Shown here piece by piece: positions 53,497-64,000 of a stretch of 64,000 nt of DNA. The position numbers and the translations under genes are program-made. Position 1 is the stretch's first letter; every line of letters starts with the position of its first letter. The DNA is taken from the NCBI GenBank assembly GCA_951406725.2, contig OX597824.1:42284001-42348000 (forward strand). The letters are read 5' to 3'. This DNA comes from Octopus vulgaris (taxonomy: Eukaryota). The notes under the pieces were generated by a model. The model was not told the origin of the DNA. It was given only the letters and a program-made list of their open reading frames with translations, and searched no databases.

Positions 53497-53937
53497 TCCT
53501 AGACCGGGTAGTGCGTTACATTCTTGAGTAAAACACTTCATCTCACGTTGCTCCTGACACCTAACGCATGGCACACCGTGCCCCTGTTCAGGCAATGTCG
53601 ATTTAACGGAGAGAGTAAGCTAGTGTGCAGCACGAACATTTGATCACTGGAAGCAAATCATTTGTGCAATTCGTTCGGCAAAAGTTTAACTCTGATTGGT
53701 CGTCTTCTGCAGAAGAGCCCATCATGTGTGTGTGTGTGTTGTGCATGTAGGTGCAGGCGTAGCCGTGCGATAAGAAGATTGCACCTCAACCATATGGTTC
53801 CGGCTTCCTTCCCACTGTGTGACATCTTTGTCGAGTATTTTCCGCTATAACCTTCCGGCAGACCAAGACCTCGCGAGTAGATTTGGTTGACGGAAACTGA
53901 AAGAAGAAAGTTGGTATGTATATACAAACATATATAC

Positions 53938-54090
53938 GAGTGGCTATGTGGTAAGAGCCTTGCTTCCAAACCACATGGTTCCGAGTACGGTCCCACGGCG
54001 TAGAAATTTGGGCAAGTGTATTCTACTATAGCCTAGGGCCGACAAAAGCCTTCTGATTGGATTTGGTAGAAGGAACCTGAAAGGTCGTCG

Positions 54091-54163
<73 letters not shown>

Positions 54164-54430
54164 GTGTGCGCGTGTGTGTGTGTATGTGTGAGAGTGCGTG
54201 CGTGTGTGTGTGTGCGTGTGTGTGTGTGTGCGTGTGTATGTGTGTCTGGCAACCGGTGTTGGTGTGTTTTCGTCCCCATAAGATATCAGTTTCGAAAACG
54301 AGACCGATATAATAAGTACCAGGCTTAAAAAATAAAGAAAATATTTCAGTTGATTCATTCGACTAAAATTCTTAAAGGCCGGGCCCCAACATGGCTGCAG
54401 TCTCATGGCGGAATCATGTAAAAGAATAAA
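53938..54430 (+). mobile_element. SINE family A with an expanded internal (TG)n
   Basis: Head and tail match 52582-52980; another head lies at 53750-53910. Confidence 0.8.
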
Positions 54431-54605
54431 AGAATAAACGAATACACATACGTATATTTGTGTGTATGTGTGTGTGTATGTATGAAAGTATATATATATA
54501 TATATGCATACACATACATAGTGCTTTGTGCAAATTGTCACCATTTTATATTTTTTATTTTGCGCAGGCACATTGTTGTTTTTGATTTAGTCGACTACAC
54601 AGTAT

Positions 54606-55262
54606 CATAGGGTCAGCTGGGCACCGTCTGTGAGAAAACCAGCACGATGACGCAATTCACTCAGCCAGAAATTTGGAAACGACACGCTGTACTGCTTGGC
54701 ATTTGTGCCAGAAGCTCCAATTTGAACATTTCAGAGTGTTTGGGTGTCAATTTGAGGACATGTATCTAGAGTAGTAAAAAAAATTAACATTCTGTCAACA
54801 ACATGGTGTTTTGAGTGATCACTAGTGATTGCAACGTAATGCCTCCTAATTCTCACACGGCCTCAGACTCAACACACAGGCCTACATCAAGTGCCTGGAG
54901 GAGGTAGTGCTGCCCAAGGTCAGGAAAGTGGCTGCTAGAAGATCCTGTCTGGCAACAGGATTCTGCACAATGCCACAGAAGCAGGAGAACCCAATCATAG
55001 CTGTCATGTGACTCTTGCGATTACATTACCCATAAAATCTGGCCACCTAACTCCCCAGACTGCAACCGCCTTGATAATTATGTATAAGGCGCAGTTGAGC
55101 TGAGGCCAAAAAAGCCCCTTGTAACACCAAAGATGAACTGAAGGCAAAGATTATGGCAGCATTTACTGACCTAAACAATGCGACCGTCCAGAAGAGTTGC
55201 GGGAGATTCCGAAGTCGTCTGGAGGCGGTGGTTGTACTCTTTAGTATTTCAAGATATTTTTA
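54606..55262 (+). mobile_element. Tc1/mariner-superfamily transposase relic, maT (DD37D)-like
   Basis: LNTQAYIKCLEEVVLP, WQQDSA.CH.SRRTQ, WPPNSPDCN.LDNY, NTKDELKAKI, CGRFRSRLEAVV. Confidence 0.75.
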
Positions 55263-55850
55263 TGTGTGTGAAGAAGTGGCTGAGTGAATAAAACTTAAGA
55301 TCAGTTCAAACATGTTCCAGAGATATTTGAACCGGCAAATGGCCTTTCACTGCACTTTTGTCAAAGAGAAAGTTTTTCGCTTAAGACAAAAAATGGTGTC
55401 AAAACACCGCCGTCAGTGATGGATGCAATTCGAACTTTTTTTAGTTCGACAATACCAAGGAGGAGCAAAACTCTGACCTGACCAGGGAGAGAAACATCTT
55501 TATAAGAAATCAAATCTATAATATCCATCGGTAGCTCGTACTGGTTGCCAAACCGGAACAATTTCGCATGTGCGCTACGCATGGACTGACAGTAAAAATA
55601 CTAAATATTGTCATTAAAAAGGCAATATTCATTATGATGATGATAGATAAGTTTAAACTTATGATGATGATGACGACGACGACGAAAACTGTGAACACGA
55701 TTATATTAATGGCTTTGATAACGATATTTTAATGCTGTTGGTATTTAATTAATGTCCACTAATAATGAATTTGTGGCAGTAATGACTTTCTCATAATTTC
55801 ATTAGAAGCGTACAAGTGAAATGTTGGCTTTCGTAGCATGAACAGTCGCA

Positions 55851-55930
<80 letters not shown>

Positions 55931-55941
55931 GGTGGTGGTGG

Positions 55942-55976
<35 letters not shown>

Positions 55977-55996
55977 ATAATAATAATAAATAATAA

Positions 55997-56310
55997 TGCC
56001 CTGATGTAGTACCAGGCAATGGCTCTCATGGTTTCTGATCTTAACTGATTGGAAGTGTTATCATGTGCATTGTTTTATCTTGGTATAAAAGATGGGCTAC
56101 AGCGAATATTCTGCTCAATGCCACAGATTTGCTTGTCAGTTGTTTGACCTTAAACAGTTGAGCATGTCTCTTAGTGGCTGACGATATGTGCATCTCTGAT
56201 CACGAGCAGAAGTAGTGGGGGAGCATCCTAGCCATGTGTTCAGAGGAATTTGGGGGGCTTCGCATATTTTACCCCAGTGTCACTTTGATAGCATGAACTG
56301 CACTCTCACT
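55997..56310 (+). mobile_element. (AAT)n-targeting non-coding retroelement, internally deleted copy
   Basis: Body matches 56460-56640, then jumps to the terminal gggcttcg.atattttaccccagtgtcactttgat...cactc(aat)n. Confidence 0.8.
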
Positions 56311-56320
56311 CAATAATAAC

Positions 56321-56385
<65 letters not shown>

Positions 56386-56459
56386 CAACAACAACAACAA
56401 CAATAATAAAATAATGACAATAATAATAATAATAACAACAACTAAAATAATAATAATAA

Positions 56460-56946
56460 CATTTTTTGTCTTGGTATAAAAGATGGGCTACAGCAAATAT
56501 TCTGCTCAATACCACAGACTTTCTTATCAGTTCTTTGACCTTAACCATTGAGCATGTCCCTTAGTGGCTGACTATATGTGTATCTCAGACCACGAGTAGA
56601 AGTAGTGGGGGAGCATCTTAGCCGTATGTTGAAAGGAATTCTTGGAGGTTTGGATATTCACCTTTGGAAACATGGATGGTTCGTTCAACATCTTTAAATA
56701 ATCCTTATTCAAGGACCTTTTGAGCGGAATGGGCTACTCGACCCGAAGAAAATTCTAACTGGGCCCCACCTGCATGGTCATGCGCTGTTTATCTTGATAT
56801 GAGATTACCATGTCTCGCACATATGGTTGTGATGCATGTGCCTGGTGTACCTTTATCAGACGGGTAGTCATGATGGGTATATTGGGCTTCGTATATTTTA
56901 CCCCAGTGTCACTTTGATGGCACGCACTGCTCTTTCACTCACTCAA
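56460..56946 (+). mobile_element. (AAT)n-targeting non-coding retroelement, longest copy
   Basis: Overlaps both 55997-56310 and 15675-15866; flanked by (AAT)n. Confidence 0.8.
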
Positions 56947-56948
56947 TC

Positions 56949-57030
<82 letters not shown>

Positions 57031-57099
57031 TAATAATAATAATAATAATAATACCAAGACTAACAAGTATATATAACACAGAAAATAGCACTACTATGT

Positions 57100-57690
57100 A
57101 CCGCACACATTCTACGTAAAATATTTTCAATACAGTAAAACAATGCAGCATCACAACAAACCAGAGCATATACCCAAGGCACACAGTAAGTATTATATGA
57201 GTGGAAGTGAGAAGCGGTATGAGCACCAACCAGAAAGGGTTTCTGAAAAGAACAATATAAGATCTTCTGGAACATGACCATCCAATGTGAACATTTTATT
57301 GTGTCTAGAAGACCTAACATTGCTGGCGTAGAAAAGAACAAGGCAATTATTGTGGATATTGCTTCACAGTAGTATCAGAGAGCGAATAAGAAGGAAAGTA
57401 AAAAAAGAGGAGAAATATCACGAGCTGAAGTGGGAAATCAGGTAACTATGGAGAATCAGCCATGTAGAAGTAGCACCGATTGTGGTTGGTGCACTAGAAG
57501 CAGTTTGGTAAAAGGTTGAATGTAGGGCTTGAGAAGCTAGGATTACCATCAAAACAGCCTTCTTAGAATTTTAAGGAAAGTATTCAAAAGTTGAAGAAGG
57601 AACGACCTAAAGGACATTTAGCCATTTGATATAGCTCAACCTTTTAGTATATTGTCGGTATAACATCTGCCATAGCCAAGGGTCAATGGA
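57100..57690 (+). mobile_element. R4/Dong-type RLE domain 3' fragment
   Basis: KIFWNMTIQC...RRPNI...AIIVDIA...KYHELKWEI...APIVVGAL, followed by (AAT)n. Confidence 0.75.
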
Positions 57691-57709
57691 AATGGTAATG
57701 ATGATGATG

Positions 57710-57853
<144 letters not shown>

Positions 57854-57889
57854 GCAACAACAACAACAACAACAACAACAATATAATAA

Positions 57890-58614
57890 GGTTTCCTAGT
57901 GGAACAAGATCAAAGCTTGCTTACCAAAATCTACCAGGCTAACGTTCTTCAAAACAGTTCTGACTCTAATTGCAGATTCTGCGATAAATTTGATGAAACA
58001 AGAGACCATCTCGTTTCGGAATGTCCTGTGCTAATACCAAACGAATATAAAAATCACCACGATAGTGTAGGACAGTATGTAAGCACTACAAAATCAGCAC
58101 CCCTGCTTACTAGTATGTAACTATCTTCTGGGATTTTCCAGACAAATCGTCCAGACATAATCATTAAATACAGAGAAGAAAATACTTGTAGACTAATAGA
58201 TGTAAGTGTTCTCACTGATAAAAATATATATGTAAAGGAATTTGACAAATTAAGTAAATATAAGGACCTGGAAATTGAAATGCAAAAGATGTGACTTAAA
58301 GCGAGAACTGTTCCTGTTATTGTGGGTGCCCTTGGTATGATAAGAAAAGGATGTCAGAAACATCTAGATAATATCCCAGGAGAACTATGTCTCAGAAAAA
58401 TCCAAAAGATTGTGCTGACAAGTACTGCCCATATCCTTAGAAAAACCCTATCAATTTAAATGTCTGTGTTGTACTACATGAAAATATTTCGTTATGGCTG
58501 TGATGCATGTGCCGGGTGTACTCTTATGAGACGGGTAGTCATGATGAATATACCGGCTTCGTGTATTTTACCACAGTGTCACTTTGATGGCATGCCCTGT
58601 CCTCTCACTCACTC

Positions 58615-58617
<3 letters not shown>
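57890..58617 (+). mobile_element. R4/Dong-type LINE 3' end: CCHC finger + RLE + 3' UTR
   Basis: CRFCDKFDETRDHLVSEC, RPDIII, LIDVSV, KLSKYKDL, VPVIVGALG, STAHILRKTLSI* (stop ~58459), then the shared tail and (AAT)n. Confidence 0.9.
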
Positions 58618-58681
<64 letters not shown>

Positions 58682-59034
58682 TTTCTTTATCACTTGGTCA
58701 TACTGGAAATTAATAATAATAATTGTAGTAAAAAAACAGTGGTTGAGGATATGGAAAAGGAAGTAAGAGAGAGAATCAAGATGGCGATGTTTTTTATGAA
58801 TATTTTGGTGTAGTGTTGGTGTTGGTGATGATGGTGACTGTCATTGATAAAAGAGACAAACGACAATAAGATAGAAGGTCTTGTTGTTGTTGATGATGAT
58901 GAAGGGCCAGTGACAAGAAAATCAGATCAAACATAACAATAATGACATTAACAATGTAGAGAAGTGAAAAGAAAAAAAAACTATAAGTGTACATTGACAA
59001 AATGATATAAATATCATCAACACCAATATTTTTT

Positions 59035-59320
59035 ATGCGCTCTTTTCCAAGCCTAGTTTCCCGGTTTCTATGGCGTATGTGTTCCCACCAGCCGGACTGG
59101 ACGCCAGTCCATCGCAGCGTTACTCAAGAAACAGGAAGAAAGAGTGAGAGAAAGTTGGGACGAAAGAGTACAACAGGGGTCGCCACCACCCACTGCCGGA
59201 GCGTCGTGGAACTTTAGGTGTTTTCGCTCAATAAACACTCACAACGTCCGGTCTGGGAATCGAAACCGCGACCCTACAACCGCGAGTTCGCTGCCCTAAC
59301 TACTGGGCCTTTGCGCCTCC
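59035..59320 (-). mobile_element. SINE family F
   Basis: Homologous to 21787-22071. Confidence 0.85.
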
Positions 59321-59324
59321 AAAT

Positions 59325-59577
59325 AATAAATGCGTCCTTTTAAATCCAAGCCAGGCTCATGGGTCCGGTTTCTCGGTTTCAATGGCGTATGGTGTTCCCC
59401 AGCTGGACGGGATGCCAGTCCGTCGCAGCGTTACTCATTTTTGCCAGCTGAGTGGACTGGAGCAACGTGAAATGAAGTGTTTTGCTCAAGAACACAACGC
59501 GTCGCCCGGTCCGGGAATCGAAACCACAATCTTACGATCATGATGCTGCCACCCTAACCACTAAGCTACGCGCCTCC
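59325..59577 (-). mobile_element. SINE family B, full length
   Basis: Reverse complement of 463-712. Confidence 0.88.
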
Positions 59578-59865
59578 ACATCAACACCAATAATATTAAA
59601 ACAAATTGATACAACGAAAATTAGTTGTAACACTGCTAATAAGAACAGTAGTGATATCAATATCCACACTTGAGCCATCATCATCATCATCATCATCATC
59701 GTCGTCGTCGTCGTCGTCACCGTCGTCGTTGTCGTTATCGTCGTCGTCATCGTTGTTGTTGTTGTCATCGTCATCGTCGTCGTTATTGCCGTCAGGATCG
59801 TAATGATGTTCTTCTCCGACATCGTTGTCATCATTCTCACTACCATTGTCCTCCTACTCCTCCTT

Positions 59866-59933
<68 letters not shown>

Positions 59934-60855
59934 GAACAGGATCATCTACACCATAATCGATATCAATACCAGGCGTATCATCATTGATGTTATCACAAGC
60001 AGCAGGAACAATAACAACAACAACAACGAAAACAACAATATCTTCATCACCATCATCATCATCATCATCATCGTCATCAACATCATCCTCATCATCATTA
60101 TCGTCGTCGTCATCATCATCAATGTCATCATCAACTATATCCCCCATCCTCATCGTAAACAACGCACGATAACAACAAAAACAACAACTACAACAACAAC
60201 AGCAATAACTGGTAACGATGTAATGAAATAAAATAAATAACTATATGCAAATAGCAGCGAAAACAAAACTCAACAATAACAAGGGAAAAAAAAAAAAAAA
60301 AAAAACAATATCGAAAAGTAAAAAAAAAAAATGAAAAGATTAAAACAAAACAAACGTAGAAAGAAGCAAACAAACAAACAAACCAAATTCCTTGTTTATT
60401 TGGAAATAACTGACATCCGAATGAAATATGGAAATGTGTCGGGGTAAAAACGGGCCAAAATGAAATAGTCGTTATTGAAGCACAGTGTTCTTGTCTATGG
60501 GAGGTCATCCTGATGGCAATGCGAAAATGAAAATGGAAGTGAAAGCTATGCCAGAACTGACTACTATGGGCAATTGGCGCCAATACAGACCAGTGATGCG
60601 TGATAATAGACATCAGAATTCAAATTTATACTCACCGTGCGCATCCAAGTGTGTAGTTCGGCTCAGCGGCACTCGTTAAAAAAAAAAAAGATAAATAAAC
60701 AAAATAAATGAAGGGAGAAAAAAACCAAAAAAAAAACCCCAGAAAACAACAGAACAAACCCAAAACAACATCGGCAATAACACTGAGTATAATAATGATA
60801 ATAAGCCCCAGCAACAACTACAACACACTAATAAACAAAAATAACGAGGAACGAC

Positions 60856-60912
<57 letters not shown>

Positions 60913-61114
60913 ATGATGATGGTGATGATGGCGACAACGACGTCGATGATGATGATGGTGATGGTGATGGTGATGCTGACGATGATGATGATTGTAATAA
61001 AATGTAGTTGGGCAATAAATCATTTTCGGTGTGGTAGGCAATAAAAGAATTTTTTGTTGTTGTAATTATTACTTTCTTAATTAGTAATTTTACGTGGGTT
61101 ATAATAATGATGAC

Positions 61115-61221
<107 letters not shown>

Positions 61222-61224
61222 GAG

Positions 61225-61300
<76 letters not shown>

Positions 61301-61744
61301 AGTGGTGGTGGTGGTGATAATGAAGACAACGACGAGTTTGATTATGGTGACGACGACGGCGATGATGATGATGATGATGATGATGACGACGACGACAACG
61401 ACGATCAATATGATAACTAATCGATTATTAGTAGTACTTATGGTAATTTTCGTTGTTATAACAGCGTTTCCAATGTTGCTATAATTATCTATGTTGTTCT
61501 TATTCAAGTATGACTGCCATAGTTGTTGCTATACGAAAACAACAACGGCATCAACAACAACAACAACAACAACAGCAGCAGCAGCAACAACAACAACAAT
61601 ATTTATCATTCTTATAATTATTGCGATGATGACGAAGAGGATGAAAACGATGAAGACAATGATAATCTTGATAGTTTCTTTCAATGGCCACAATACGCAA
61701 GGCATCGATGACATTATAGACAACAAGTACAACAGCAAAAAAAA

Positions 61745-61890
61745 AAAGGTTTTCTACTGGAAGCACAAGGCCTCAAATTTTGAGGGAAGAGATTAAGTCG
61801 ATTACATCGGCCCCAGTACGTAACTGGTACTAATTTTATCGACCCCGAGAAGATGAAAGGGAAAGTCGACCTCGGCGGTGTTCGAACTCA
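61745..61890 (-). mobile_element. SINE family C fragment
   Basis: ggtac...tttatcgaccccga.aa.atgaaagg.aaagtcgacctcggcgg. Confidence 0.8.
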
Positions 61891-61934
61891 AAAATCTAAA
61901 AGCAGACGTTATAGTAATAATAACAATAATAATA

Positions 61935-62892
61935 AAAAGGGTGAAGATGGTGTTGAAATCCAAACTGAATGCCAAAAATTTGATGATCGCAAAGGGCAGT
62001 TGCGCTGGTCAGATATAGTGTGTCCATCCTCAAATGGACTGAGGAGGAAATATCAACACTGGATAGAAAAACAAGAAAGTTGATGCTGCTGCTTGGGGCG
62101 CTACACTCTAAAGCAAACGTAAATAGACTGTATATGTAAAGAAAGAATGGTGACAGAAGATTAATTAGTATAGACCACTGTATAAGTAGTGAAAGGAGAG
62201 CGTTTACTGAGTATTTGATAAATGATGAAGATCTGTTGCAATATGCCGCGAAAGATATGGGTTTAAATGCAAATGAAATGATAGGCAAGGCAGAGTTTAA
62301 CCAAAATGCTGCATAGAAGAGAAAAGAAGACCCTCTTGAAACGAGAATGCATGGACAGTTTGAAAGAAATACACAAGACGTTAAGGATAATACAGCATCC
62401 TAAATACCAATATGAAGTGACAGAGAACTGGTATGAGCATGCAGGAAGATGGAAAAGTAACGATTCTTTGGGACTGATTTTCAGGTGGATCGTGCAATCG
62501 AACACCTTTGGCTGGATATTGTCATATTGAATAAGAGAGAAAAATACTGTCAGATCATTGATGTAGCCATACCAAATGACATGAATGCTGTGAGTAATGA
62601 GGTTGAAACAAGTACTCCGAATTGAAAGTGGAAATGACAAGACTGTATGGAATGCGAGAGGGTAATGTGAAAGTGATAACAGTGGTGATCGGAGCGTTGG
62701 GTTCAATCCCTATTTAAACTTCAAAACTTCTTAAGGCAACAGGAAATCCCATGCATGATTGATGCCTTGCGAAAAGCAGCCTTATTGGGCACAGCGCACA
62801 ACTTAAGGAAAGTACTATGTCTGAGGTCTTTGTTGTGACTTGACAGATGACTAAAGACTCCGGTTCATTTTTACCTACACTGTGTTACGAAG

Positions 62893-62893
<1 letters not shown>
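61935..62893 (+). mobile_element. Decayed R4/Dong-type LINE 3' part
   Basis: GALHSKANVNRLY, MHGQFER, DFQVDRAIEH..LDIV...CQIIDVAIPND, GALG, LLGTAHNLRKVL; embedded in (AAT)n. Confidence 0.8.
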
Positions 62894-62979
<86 letters not shown>

Positions 62980-63003
62980 TGATGATGATGATGAATATGA
63001 TGA

Positions 63004-63037
<34 letters not shown>

Positions 63038-63066
63038 GGTGGTGGTGGTGGTGGTGGTGGTGGTGG

Positions 63067-63107
<41 letters not shown>

Positions 63108-63142
63108 CTGATGACGACGATGACGATAACAATAACAACAAC

Positions 63143-63196
<54 letters not shown>

Positions 63197-63617
63197 CGTT
63201 TCTTTCTTTACTTCAAGAGTATGAGGGAACATTACGGAGGAAAATTACAAATTATGGATCCTTCGCCACCAACCACCCCCAATATGGCTGCCATCCAATC
63301 GGTGGAACAAGTCAAAGAATAAATGAATACATATAATTTTTTAATAATAAATATTTCCTTTAAATATACTTTACTTGAACTCTTTTATTCCCAGCTATAT
63401 GTATTTATTATTTGTTTCTTCCTTCTTTATTTCTTTTCTTATTTCTTCGCGCTCTTCCATCCGTTCTTTAGCTTATTCTTTTATTTTTTTGTTTTGCTGC
63501 TCCATATTTGTTGGTCGGCTGCATTTTATATCAAGTTGTTTAGCTATATTATTATTAATAATCAATTTGCTTTTTGCTATTTTGATGTTTGATTGGATAT
63601 TTTATATACATACATAC

Positions 63618-63654
<37 letters not shown>

Positions 63655-63896
63655 TAAACAAACAAACACACACACACACACACACATATATATTTGTGCG
63701 AGTATAAATATTCATATTTATATACTATAACTTTTTTCATATTTGCGAATACATAACGCATATATGTATATATAAAAATATATGTGTATGTATATATGTG
63801 CATATGTGTGTGCGTGTGTACGTGTATATATATATATCACATGCATATACACACATGCATATATATATATATAACTAGATACATATGCATACATAC

Positions 63897-63934
<38 letters not shown>

Positions 63935-64000
63935 CATATATATATATATAATACATATATATATATATAATACATATATATATATATGTAATATATATAT

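Overview
AT-rich, extremely microsatellite- and transposon-dense eukaryotic DNA. The tRNA-derived SINE complement and simple-repeat load most resemble a coleoid cephalopod, probably Octopus (inference from repeat style, not from a search). No intact host gene is recognisable, so the window is probably intronic or intergenic, and nearly all ORF-track entries are translated microsatellites. Supported content: decayed Penelope-like elements (PLEs; RT and GIY-YIG fragments); many R4/Dong-type restriction-like-endonuclease (RLE) LINE fragments sitting co-oriented in (AAT)n tracts; a CR1/L2-type LINE split by a solo LTR; three Tc1/mariner relics; non-autonomous Helitron/Helentron elements; and at least six modular SINE families. 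The strongest unexplained-looking signal is about ten minimal hammerhead-ribozyme-like motifs. One is near-intact at 4367-4411, one family has a recurrent CUG-U-NGA core, and several lie in 170-550 bp fold-back palindromes beside (TA)n/(CA)n tracts. Smaller signals are a dispersed ~60-bp TAATTA/CCAAT motif, a spaced bipartite motif and a candidate 36-nt microexon. Coordinates were read by eye, so the ends of degenerate elements are approximate. SINE family letters are my own labels.
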